From contig NJBF01000008.1 in assembly GCA_003144275.1 (NCBI GenBank), positions 30,001 through 62,000 of the forward strand: 32,000 nucleotides of DNA. Reading direction: 5' to 3'. The notes beneath the pieces are model-generated. The model did not search any database, was not told where the DNA came from, and worked only from the letters and a program-made list of their open reading frames with translations. Made by a program: the position numbers and the translations under genes. Positions 7,618 through 16,832 of the stretch are shown one piece after another. The stretch is from Candidatus Heimdallarchaeota archaeon B3_Heim. Lineage in GTDB: Archaea; Asgardarchaeota; Heimdallarchaeia; Hodarchaeales; Hodarchaeaceae. The first letter of the stretch is position 1, and every line of letters starts with the position of its first letter.

Positions 7618-9285
7618 CTAGACATCAAGATTCGTAGATGGAGATAAATGGCCAAATACTTCTTCTGCAATATCCACGGCACCATCAAACACACTGCGCG
7701 CCCCATTCCAAGTTGCTAAGTATTGGCAATATTCTTCACAAAATCTCTTTTGAAAATCGTGTAAGGCCTTTTTTAGCTCTGGATCATGTTTATTGCTAAA
7801 AATCACTGCCGATATTCCAGTTTTATTATCTTTATCAGTTATGATGAAATGTTTGCCGTGTCTAACCAGATTTAAATCTCCTTTTTCTTTCATCATCTCA
7901 TTCATAAATGAGGAAACTGCAGTTAGTGCTCCTGAAAGCAATGTGAGCTCAATATTTGTGTCTACCTTTTGTTTGAAAACATAATCGAATAGTGGAAGAC
8001 CACCTTCTTCAATCACCATAAGTAGCGTGAAATCTAACGGTTCATAACTATCTGTTGTCCAGAACAAGGGAAAAGCTGCGAAAATTGCTAATATTATTAG
8101 AACATATATTACAAAATCTAAATCCCCAAGGAGAGGAACTAATAACCAATGACCTACGCCATACCCCGCACCGAGACCAAATGCTAGCGATATAAATCCT
8201 AGGGCATAATATCGGCCTAAACCATCACGGGGGGATAAATCAGCCCACAAGGATGAATCTAGGGTAGGGTGGATTAATGCAAAAGAAAAACCAATAGTTA
8301 GGGCAGATATTATGAAACTTGCTTCTGAATGTTCAAGGCCAAGGATCATTGCAGAAAACACGATGCCATAGATAGCAAGGACGATCAAATTTTTTCTCCC
8401 TATCTTATCAGCTAAAATTCCAGCCGGTATAACAAGAATTAAGTCTCCAATCAGCACTAAAATCCAAAATAACTTATCAACAGTAAATATTTGTTCTCCA
8501 AGTGCTGGAAATTTAAAAATTTCAGTTATATTAAGCACAGATCCTATTAAAGGAAATATAGCGATAGAAATACCTAACATACAATACAATAAGAAGTGTG
8601 TACTAAAATATGCTTGTACAGATCTTCGTCCAACAATTTTCCTGAACTTTGTAGGCCAAGCATCTGGAATCCAGTATTTCAAGTCTCGTGAGAGTAAATA
8701 AAAGATTGCAGTCAGAATCAGTCCTAAAACACCTATTCCAGGGATAATTACAACCCAACTATTGCTTAAGGGATCAGAGGAACTATAATTCGAAGAAAAT
8801 TCATTTCCAACCACTATACTAACTAGGACAACAAAAATAAAGACAAAAATGGCTGTGGAGTAAGTTTTTCCTCGTGACGTCGAATCAGTTAAACCAGCAA
8901 ATAAAGTTCCACTACTCGTAAGGAGAATTGCAAAAAAGAACACAAGTCCCACGAGAGATAATGAGAATAAGATGGTTGAATTAATGAAAACAATGAATAG
9001 GATTGAAGTTATGGACGCTCCCAACATACCAATCATTATCCCTTTCTTAAGAAATTCAGGATGAGAATCAAGATAATGGCCAGTGAAATAAAGTACAAAA
9101 ATGGCGAGGAGAAGGAGAATGCCGAGAATAATTATCCCAAAGCCCATAAAAGGATTATCCTCTGATTGTTCAACATAATCTAATATATCAAATGAATAGA
9201 TTAATAGTAATGTTGCAGCTAGGCACCAAGTGAAAGTACTGGGTATTATAATTAGAAAAAATTGTTTTACATTCATATAGATCAT
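7618..9285 (-). CDS. MFS transporter fused to a C-terminal longin-like domain
   Basis: About 12 hydrophobic segments with MFS motif A (GILADKIGRKNL), then about 135 soluble aa with a longin-like pattern (LLMVIEEGGLPLFDY..LLSGALTAVSSFMNE..FQKRFCEEY..WNG..VF). Confidence 0.8.
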   Translation of the reverse strand: MIYMNVKQFFLIIIPSTFTWCLAATLLLIYSFDILDYVEQSEDNPFMGFGIIILGILLLLAIFVLYFTGHYLDSHPEFLKKGIMIGMLGASITSILFIVFINSTILFSLSLVGLVFFFAILLTSSGTLFAGLTDSTSRGKTYSTAIFVFIFVVLVSIVVGNEFSSNYSSSDPLSNSWVVIIPGIGVLGLILTAIFYLLSRDLKYWIPDAWPTKFRKIVGRRSVQAYFSTHFLLYCMLGISIAIFPLIGSVLNITEIFKFPALGEQIFTVDKLFWILVLIGDLILVIPAGILADKIGRKNLIVLAIYGIVFSAMILGLEHSEASFIISALTIGFSFALIHPTLDSSLWADLSPRDGLGRYYALGFISLAFGLGAGYGVGHWLLVPLLGDLDFVIYVLIILAIFAAFPLFWTTDSYEPLDFTLLMVIEEGGLPLFDYVFKQKVDTNIELTLLSGALTAVSSFMNEMMKEKGDLNLVRHGKHFIITDKDNKTGISAVIFSNKHDPELKKALHDFQKRFCEEYCQYLATWNGARSVFDGAVDIAEEVFGHLSPSTNLDV

Positions 9286-9508
9286 ATCCTGGGACGTTTA
9301 ACTAATTTTGGAGGTGAATCTCTATTTCTAGGAGGGAATCTCGTTTTATTGCTATAAATATTTAATTAGGATAAAGAGATTAAATTCTTTATTCAGGTTT
9401 ACCACAATATATCAAGGCAACAAATAAACCTTAAAAGGTTCTATCTTGACGAAACTCTTTTGGGAAATATCATATTTAATATAGACTATACTACGGAAGC
9501 CAAACAAA

Positions 9509-10558
9509 TTGACAACAATTGACATTTTGAACTTACTCTCCGAACTTGTGGATATTGCAGGTCCTGTTGGACGAGAAGAGGCAGTTCAACATTTTTTAGC
9601 AAGTAAATGGGAAAAATTAAACTTTAAAACTGAAATTGATAAGATAGGAAACCTATACGGACGAATGAACGGGAAGGGCCCTCATTGGGCAATCGTGTCA
9701 CATTCTGATACAATTGGGTTTATTGTACAACAGATCTTAGCGAATGGCTTCCTGAAAATGGCGTTCAATACTGCTGCGACCACTCCCGACGCGCGATTTC
9801 TTGCAGGATCCACTCTACGTTTTCTCACCAATAACTCAAAAAACATTCTAGGTTACTTCGGATTAAGAAGTGGTCATCTTGCAGGAATTGAGGGAAAGAA
9901 AAAAGCCGTTTTGTTTGATGATATGTTTGTAGACGTGGGAGTAAGTTCAATTAAGGAAGTTACTGATTTAGGAATAGATATTGGTACTCCAGCAGTTTTT
10001 TATTCATCTGTGCAACAAATTCAAAACAATATTGTTGGCCCTTCGATGGATAATCGTGTTGGATCGACCATTCAAACTATTCTTGCTCAAAATTTGAAAC
10101 AAAACAATATTCAACCAAATTTAACGTTGATTTCGACCGTTCAAGAGGAAATCGGAATGAAAGGGGCAGCTGCTGCAGCTAATAGGGGAGACTTTGATGG
10201 AGTGATAAACTTAGATGTGGGGTTAACTGGAGATATTCCTCCTTCAAAGAATGATTACCTTTCAACTAAACTTGGTTCTGGACCGATTCTTGTTGTGAAA
10301 GACTTTTCAATTCACTATTCCCATTCACTCTTTACAATGATTGCTAAACTCGCAGCGCAAGAAAATCTTCCATTCCAGAGAGCCGTATTCAAAAACTACA
10401 ACACTGATGGTATGTATTTCTTCATGAATGGACAACCAACAATTACTATTTCCGTACCATGTAGATACACTCACACGAACTTTGAAACAATTAAGGTATC
10501 TGATGTTCTACATACGATAAATCTCTTGGAAGCGGTGCTTTCAGCATCCTTGACCTAG
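9509..10558 (+). CDS. M42 family (TET-type) aminopeptidase
   Basis: Metal ligands HSD, DNR, QEE, D(V)G and terminal RYTH; TTG start. Confidence 0.9.
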   Translation: MTTIDILNLLSELVDIAGPVGREEAVQHFLASKWEKLNFKTEIDKIGNLYGRMNGKGPHWAIVSHSDTIGFIVQQILANGFLKMAFNTAATTPDARFLAGSTLRFLTNNSKNILGYFGLRSGHLAGIEGKKKAVLFDDMFVDVGVSSIKEVTDLGIDIGTPAVFYSSVQQIQNNIVGPSMDNRVGSTIQTILAQNLKQNNIQPNLTLISTVQEEIGMKGAAAAANRGDFDGVINLDVGLTGDIPPSKNDYLSTKLGSGPILVVKDFSIHYSHSLFTMIAKLAAQENLPFQRAVFKNYNTDGMYFFMNGQPTITISVPCRYTHTNFETIKVSDVLHTINLLEAVLSASLT

Positions 10559-10613
10559 AAAATACATTTACAGAAATGATCATGACAATAAATTTACTAT
10601 AAATTACCTGCGT

Positions 10614-12326
10614 GTGCTCAAAGTGAATCAGAATAAAATAATTCTTGTAAAATTGGGTGGAAGCTTGATTACCTATAAACAAGACGAGGATCGAATTAAA
10701 GAGTATATACTGATTATTGAACGATTTCGATGTGGAGCGGCATCATTAGAAGACTTAACGGCATCAATATCCCATCTCCTGAATACAAGTACACTTAAGG
10801 AGATTTTTCGCACACTCAACATCTATATCAAAAGTAATTCTGCCGCTAAAGTTATCGTTATACACGGAGCAGGTTCTATTGGGCATTCTCTTGTTTTACA
10901 TCTCCTGAAAACAGAAACAGATTTAGAGAATGTCTATCCCGTTATCAAACTTGCAGTTTCCATTCAGAACCAGTTAATTACAGGATTAGGCATCCAACTA
11001 GGTCTTAATGCGATTTCGCTTTCGTCTCATCAAATCATGCTCGGGTATCCCACTGATAAAACCTCATCTCCCCGAATGGATGCAGCGGATTTATCAACCC
11101 TAGAAACAATAGTCAGCAATACAGATTCTGTTCCTATATTTTTCGGAGATGTAGGACTTACTCAGGGAACGCATACGGAATTACTAGGTGAATGGAAAGT
11201 CTTCTCTGGGGATTTAGTACCAAACGCGCTTGCACGAAGTTTCTTAAATTTAGAAATTGAAAAAGTGATATTCTTAACGCAAGTCGAGGGAAAAATGACT
11301 GGTATTTACTCAAAAGATCCACGTTTGGCTGATTCCGAACTGATTACACGAATTGAGGTAGGATCTCGTGCAAATCGATATTTCAATTCCAATAATCACG
11401 AAATCCATTTTCAAAAGAATGCGAGTAAGTCAAAATATGATGTAACGGGAGCGATGGAAGAGAAATTAAGAAATTTGATAGACTTAGCTTATCAAAATAT
11501 CACTAGCTGGGTTATTGGGTTTGAAGAATTTGATAAAGCTTTACGAGGAGAAGCAGTAGGAACTAGAGTACTGCCTGACAAAGAACTTGATACTAAAGTC
11601 GTTTTTCTAGGACGAGGAGATGCGTTTGGTTCAGGTGGATTCAAAAGTGCATCGATCTTTGTTGAACTTAAAAATAAAATTCTTTTACTAGATTGTGGGC
11701 CTCATACACTTCAGGCGCTAAAAGCATCTGGGAGAGATACTACTCAAGTTGATTGGATTGTGATCACCCACTTTCACGGAGATCATTTCGGAGGAATTCC
11801 TTATTTTTTACTAGAATCTACTTTTCAAGTACAAAGAAAGAAACCTTTGACAATATTTGGGCCTCCTGGAATTGAAAAAGCGGTAAATGATCTGTTCACG
11901 ACATTGTATAAGCGAGAAGCATCTAAAGCGCGTCCATTCCCTATTGTATACCAAGAAATTACACCTGATCATTCCTTTGAAGATGATGAGATATCAATAA
12001 AAGCATTTTCTATGAATCACACACCAGAGGCACAAGGGTACAGGTTACATTGTAATTCCACTATTATTGCTTATACAGGCGATACAGGATGGACGGATAA
12101 TTTGATCCCATTAATTTCTGACGCACAACTAGCAATTATAGAATGTAATTTCTACCAAAGTCAATTTGAAACTCATTTAAATTGGGAGGAGATCCTCAAA
12201 ATATATCACCTAGCTGAGAAAACAGCGGTAATTCACTTGGGAGCTGAAATGGTTCCAGAAATAAATACCTTGATTGGAGAAAAAGGACTTTTGATTCCAC
12301 TAGAAGGTCAAACTATAAGAATCTGA
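10614..12326 (+). CDS. Isopentenyl phosphate kinase-like domain fused to an MBL-fold (RNase Z superfamily) hydrolase
   Basis: N-domain VKLGGSLITYK, IHGAGSIGH, PIFFGD, FSGD, DVTGAM..KL. C-domain FLGRGDAFGSGG, LLDCG, THFHGDH, YTGDT. One continuous frame. Confidence 0.85.
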   Translation: MLKVNQNKIILVKLGGSLITYKQDEDRIKEYILIIERFRCGAASLEDLTASISHLLNTSTLKEIFRTLNIYIKSNSAAKVIVIHGAGSIGHSLVLHLLKTETDLENVYPVIKLAVSIQNQLITGLGIQLGLNAISLSSHQIMLGYPTDKTSSPRMDAADLSTLETIVSNTDSVPIFFGDVGLTQGTHTELLGEWKVFSGDLVPNALARSFLNLEIEKVIFLTQVEGKMTGIYSKDPRLADSELITRIEVGSRANRYFNSNNHEIHFQKNASKSKYDVTGAMEEKLRNLIDLAYQNITSWVIGFEEFDKALRGEAVGTRVLPDKELDTKVVFLGRGDAFGSGGFKSASIFVELKNKILLLDCGPHTLQALKASGRDTTQVDWIVITHFHGDHFGGIPYFLLESTFQVQRKKPLTIFGPPGIEKAVNDLFTTLYKREASKARPFPIVYQEITPDHSFEDDEISIKAFSMNHTPEAQGYRLHCNSTIIAYTGDTGWTDNLIPLISDAQLAIIECNFYQSQFETHLNWEEILKIYHLAEKTAVIHLGAEMVPEINTLIGEKGLLIPLEGQTIRI

Positions 12327-12338
12327 AACATCTATCAC

Positions 12339-12581
12339 TTATTTTTTGGTTGGTTCGAGTTTCCAAACAATATTTTTTCTTTTTCCGTCACCTGATTGAA
12401 CTACACTATAAGAAATTTTTCCATCCATTCGCATTTGGGTTAAAATCATGGGTATCCTATCGGCACAGTCTTGATTAAAGATACTTACACGATCAACAAT
12501 TTCAGTAGTAGTAGCTTCATGGAGTTCAAGTAAAACGACCTCTATCCATTTTTCTGTTCCTGAGGTATCTGGGCCGTCCAT
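12339..12581 (-). CDS. Small winged helix-turn-helix-like protein
   Basis: 80 aa with an upstream GGAG; three-helix pattern followed by a beta-hairpin ending IVWKL. Fold inferred by eye. Confidence 0.55.
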   Translation of the reverse strand: MDGPDTSGTEKWIEVVLLELHEATTTEIVDRVSIFNQDCADRIPMILTQMRMDGKISYSVVQSGDGKRKNIVWKLEPTKK

Positions 12582-12839
12582 TCTACTTAATTCTCCAATT
12601 TCTTTTCTTTCAGAGTAATAGATTATACATCTTATATTTTATCGTGATCCTTCTGTCAATACCTCGAAATGGTATTTAATACAGTTACCTTTTATTTGAA
12701 ATAATTTATCAGAGGGAAATGAATACTATCCATCATACGATTTCATTAAGACTATATAATGAGAAAAAGGGTAAAAAGTACCAAATTACCGCTTTAGCTC
12801 CAATCAAGTAAGTGTATCAAACCTAAGTCAAATGATGTA

Positions 12840-13418
12840 ATGATTTTTGGAAGGAAACGAATGGTGAAAAACGAAATTAAGCATGTATTAAAGATACTGT
12901 TACTTGGGGACGGGGCGGTCGGAAAAACTTCACTAATCTTAAGGTTTATTGAAAATAAATTTAAGGATGAGTATTCAGTAAGTTTAGGGGTTGATTTTCT
13001 CACTAAAACGATTACCTTTATTGATGAGGATGATATTAAACGAATAGTCTCCTTACAAGTTTGGGACATAGCTGGACAGGCAAGGCATGTATCATACTCC
13101 CATCTCTACTTAAAAGGAGCCTTGGGAGCATTTTATGTATTCGACCTGACGAGAAAAGAGACTCTTGAACAGATTCAGAATCGTTGGCAGCTTCAGGCCC
13201 TTAAAGCATCACCTAATCATTTGGGTATCCTTATAGGAAATAAAGCAGATTTAATCAAGGAAAGAGCAATATCCAAATCGCAGTTAAAAAAAATTGTCGA
13301 TAGTATGCACGTTATTGAGATATTTGAAACCTCTGCAAAGACAGGTAGAAATGTCAACAAAGCATTCCAAAAATTAACAACAGAAATTCTCCGGGTCAAA
13401 CCAAAAAAGTTCCTGTGA
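12840..13418 (+). CDS. Rab-like small GTPase
   Basis: G1 GDGAVGKTS, G2 region YSVSLGVDF, G3 WDIAGQ, G4 NKAD, G5 ETSAK. No C-terminal cysteine prenylation motif. Start may be ATG 12861. Confidence 0.93.
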   Translation: MIFGRKRMVKNEIKHVLKILLLGDGAVGKTSLILRFIENKFKDEYSVSLGVDFLTKTITFIDEDDIKRIVSLQVWDIAGQARHVSYSHLYLKGALGAFYVFDLTRKETLEQIQNRWQLQALKASPNHLGILIGNKADLIKERAISKSQLKKIVDSMHVIEIFETSAKTGRNVNKAFQKLTTEILRVKPKKFL

Positions 13419-13427
13419 AGTGAAAAT

Positions 13428-14198
13428 ATGTCTCCATTAACTGAATTTAAAGCAGTAAAAGCTTTTTTCATCTTTGAGAAAGACCAGGGCACTACTTTAT
13501 TCACACGATCCTATGAGCGAAGTTCAACTGCTCCTGATGCTCATCTTGTTGTTGCATTTTTAACCGCGATGTTTTCTTTTGCTAAAACTTCATCCTTGAG
13601 TGATCTGAAAGTAGTAGATATGACAGACATTCGATTTTCCTTCATAGAAAAAAATGGATTAATTTTTGCCGTTTTAGTTTCCCCCCTTGTCTCTCCACTT
13701 GATATCCAATTTAAATTATCTACAATTGCGAGTTTATTCTTTTCAGATTATGGAAATCAGTTAAGCTCGATTGATATTGTCGATACAGAAATGTTTTCTG
13801 ATTTTAATGACTCTGTTGATGAAATTTTCGGGGGAGAGACTCGGCAAATGCTTAAATCATCAAAAAATGCCGCCTTGTTTTATTTAAAAAAATTAGTTTC
13901 CAAGGAAGAAACAGGAGCACGGGGTGCCATGATATTATCATTTACGGGAGATATTCTACTTGAGTACAAAATGGACCAACCCCGAATGGCAGCCGCGATT
14001 CGTATTTTGAATGTTGGTACGTATATGACGAACCTACGTTATTTGGTTGTAGCATCAGAATCAACTAATCTTGTTGCGTATAAAATAAGTGAAGGCCTAC
14101 TACTTGCGGTCGATGGCCATCCTTCATTCGGACTTGAAGATTTAGTTGTCAATGTGTCCGAAACTGTGAAACAAATTAAAGAAATTATTCCTCATTAA
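13428..14198 (+). CDS. Longin-like plus roadblock/LC7-like two-domain protein
   Basis: N-half FFIFEKDQGTTLF..LVVAFLTAMFSF..FSFIEKNGLIFAVLV (longin pattern). C-half GARGAMILSFTGDILL..LVAYKISEGLLLAV (roadblock pattern). Starts 9 nt after the GTPase stop. Confidence 0.7.
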   Translation: MSPLTEFKAVKAFFIFEKDQGTTLFTRSYERSSTAPDAHLVVAFLTAMFSFAKTSSLSDLKVVDMTDIRFSFIEKNGLIFAVLVSPLVSPLDIQFKLSTIASLFFSDYGNQLSSIDIVDTEMFSDFNDSVDEIFGGETRQMLKSSKNAALFYLKKLVSKEETGARGAMILSFTGDILLEYKMDQPRMAAAIRILNVGTYMTNLRYLVVASESTNLVAYKISEGLLLAVDGHPSFGLEDLVVNVSETVKQIKEIIPH

Positions 14199-14388
14199 TT
14201 ATGAATAATTTACCTTTCTTACTTCTTTCAAGAAAACCATAACAATAGATAATTGGATACCTTGTCTAAGCCGATAAGTATGCGGGAACTAGACAGAAGT
14301 TAGTGGATAACTTTTTATTCTTGCCCACCTGATAAATGACAATTAACCTACTACATAGTTGTCCAATCTTGCACAAGGAGAGAAATTC

Positions 14389-15126
14389 GTGAAGAAGAGA
14401 GTATTGCCTTTAACCACAATCTTCTTATTGTTTTTGACATATAATGCCATTGTTTTCGCAACAAATAGTGAAGAAACCACTATAATTGTAACAACACAAA
14501 TTAGTCCAATTGGTCCAATTTTCGATTCAGATCTTGACTGGAAGGTAGCTGTTGGGGATAGTATGAGGTATACCTTCACAAAATTATTTGATCTTAACGA
14601 TTATGATGAAGATGGAAGTCCTTATACGCAAAAAATTTCGTTTGTAGCAGAAAATGGTTCGGAGATAGAATTATCCATAAGAGAAGGCTCACAACTTCTC
14701 TGTGAGATTGTAACTCTCGATGAATATGCAACAATTCAGTTGACACTTGATGGTATAAAATCCGAACCTAGTGAGGGGGGTGGTAGTTTTGTTACTAAAA
14801 CTACTGATAACAGGACATATTGGGAGGAATTTGCAAAGCAAGCAAATACTGAATTTCAAAATGTAACAGTGGAAGGTAATTTGGTAGTTTATCGGTCTGT
14901 TGACAACTGGGATGATAGAACCTATTATTCTATGTCTAAAATAAACTGGAGAACTGGTTGGTTCAGTTACATTTACCAGAAAGAGATGAATGGAACACAC
15001 ACCCTAACAGAAATGGAAGTATCTACTGAAGTTCCTGTACTTACTCCAGGATTCGAAATTTCCCCCTTGCCTGTATCGCTAGTGTTGTTTTCCATCTACA
15101 TCTGGAGAAAAAGAAGAAAGGAGTAA
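14389..15126 (+). CDS. Secreted/cell-surface protein with PGF-CTERM-like anchor
   Basis: Signal peptide MKKRVLPLTTIFLLFLTYNAIVFA (GTG 14389, SD AGGAG 14376-14380); acidic Thr-rich body; C-terminal TPGFE + hydrophobic helix + WRKRRKE. Confidence 0.8.
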   Translation: MKKRVLPLTTIFLLFLTYNAIVFATNSEETTIIVTTQISPIGPIFDSDLDWKVAVGDSMRYTFTKLFDLNDYDEDGSPYTQKISFVAENGSEIELSIREGSQLLCEIVTLDEYATIQLTLDGIKSEPSEGGGSFVTKTTDNRTYWEEFAKQANTEFQNVTVEGNLVVYRSVDNWDDRTYYSMSKINWRTGWFSYIYQKEMNGTHTLTEMEVSTEVPVLTPGFEISPLPVSLVLFSIYIWRKRRKE

Positions 15127-15346
15127 CCACCAAGCACCGATAGTATCGTAGTTTTTTGTTATTCTAATATAATGCGTTCTCTGAAGAACCATTGTTTCAG
15201 TTAATATTGGAGATTGAGAGTTTACTCCTCATCAGCTATTATGACCTTGATGAGCTTCTTTAGGGACATCTTCAACAAATTATTGAACTCATATGGTAAG
15301 ATCAGTCCAGTCGGTCTCCAAGGCAAGAGACAAGTGGTGTATGTAC

Positions 15347-16057
15347 ATGAGACTGAAAGTCAAAATTCGTTTAGGCTTTTATTTTTTCTTTACTGCAGTG
15401 GTTTTTATCTCTGTTTTCTTACCTGAGGTTTCCCTCTTATTCATTATTGCCCAAAATGTAGAGAATTTTTGGTTGTGGATTGGAATTGCTCTTATTATGC
15501 CAGTAACTTACTTTTTATCCATAATCGTTTTTGGGATACTTCATTCACAGGTAATTTGCAAAGCTTTTCTTCCCCCAATAAAAGCTGGTTCCTATTCGCA
15601 TGGTTCGGACATTGCATACCTTTATTCTGTTGCCATTGTTTCACCTAGTATCTTCAAAAGCATGCTAAAAGCCTTTAGTTTTGTACCCCACCTTTATTCA
15701 TTGCTTATTGGAAAGTTTCTATCACTATATGGGCTAAAAACTGGAAAAAATGTGTATATTTCATCGGGAACAATTCTTGATTCCCATCTTGTGTCCATAG
15801 GTTCAGGGAGTTTAATTGGAATTCGATCAATTATATCAGCCCATTTAACGGAAAGTAACAACTTAATTCTATCACCTGTCACTATTGGGAAAAACGTTAC
15901 TATTGGAGGTAATTCAATAATCACACCTGGAGCTACAATTGGAGATAATGTTATTATTGGAATTAATTCATTAGTGAAAAAGGATCAGGTTATTCCATCG
16001 AATACTATCTATGCTGGAACCCCTGCTGTATTTATTCGTGATAATATAACACAATAA
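15347..16057 (+). CDS. Membrane-anchored hexapeptide-repeat acyltransferase-like protein, paralog C
   Basis: Two TM helices, YGLKTGKNVYIS, ISAH, IGKNVTIG, IGDNVIIG, YAGTPA. Start is ATG 15347 or 15341 (GTGGTG upstream) rather than 15293. Confidence 0.8.
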   Translation: MRLKVKIRLGFYFFFTAVVFISVFLPEVSLLFIIAQNVENFWLWIGIALIMPVTYFLSIIVFGILHSQVICKAFLPPIKAGSYSHGSDIAYLYSVAIVSPSIFKSMLKAFSFVPHLYSLLIGKFLSLYGLKTGKNVYISSGTILDSHLVSIGSGSLIGIRSIISAHLTESNNLILSPVTIGKNVTIGGNSIITPGATIGDNVIIGINSLVKKDQVIPSNTIYAGTPAVFIRDNITQ

Positions 16058-16231
16058 GTAGAACTTTGTCAGTAGAATCAAAAATTATTGGAATTTCCAG
16101 AAATTAGTCAGAACTAGTTTGGAATTCGTAATCAAAAACCTCAAGAAATGTCATTAATTGTCGTAATACAGTAATTAGAATTAGATATAGGATTTTAAAT
16201 TACACTTCTTCCGAACTATGAGTGTGTTCAG

Positions 16232-16708
16232 ATGTCAGATGCGTCATTTTTCTTACAACCCCCATTTAGTGAATTTCCTTTCAATACTTTTCCTCAATTA
16301 ATCGATAAATTAGAATATCTTGGTCGAGATGAAGAACAAACCCCCTATGAGATCTCCCCTGGAACTGATCTGTGTATCAGTGATACTTATTACTCGTTAG
16401 GCTTTTTAACTTATCTTGACTCTTATGGCAGAGTTCTTTCAGACGGTGGAAAATGGTTCCTTGACCCCAAAGGAAAGCCATTACCTGAAAAACCATACCG
16501 TTTTGCTTTAATATCTGATGCTATATTAATTCTTGAGGAACTATTTGATGGTGCGAAGAGTGCACAAGATCTTCATGAGAAAATATCTAATCTTTCAGAA
16601 GAAGAGATCACAAATTATCTGAAAATTTTTGCCTTGATTACTCAAAAAGGAAAAGTAATACAGGAAGCCAAAGGATGGGACGCATCCTATGTGCTTAAAG
16701 ATTGGTAG
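16232..16708 (+). CDS. Hypothetical protein, possibly tandem winged-helix
   Basis: 158-aa ORF with protein-like composition; C-terminal LEELFDGAKSAQDLHEKI..EEITNYL..KGKV..KGW resembles a winged helix. Confidence 0.6.
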   Translation: MSDASFFLQPPFSEFPFNTFPQLIDKLEYLGRDEEQTPYEISPGTDLCISDTYYSLGFLTYLDSYGRVLSDGGKWFLDPKGKPLPEKPYRFALISDAILILEELFDGAKSAQDLHEKISNLSEEEITNYLKIFALITQKGKVIQEAKGWDASYVLKDW

Positions 16709-16832
16709 CTCTTAATTTCCACTAATTCCTGACCAGCAATACTTACAAGAAAATCAGTTTCTTTGTAGTTGCGTAATCTTATTCTTTCTAATGAGAAGTA
16801 AACCTGATCAGAATAACAATTTAGGTGTTAGT

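Noticed and set aside
15181-15300. CTGA/TGATGA words and small hairpins in the gap before acyltransferase paralog C
   Set aside because: The boxes do not fall in C-D'-C'-D order with guide-length spacing on either strand.
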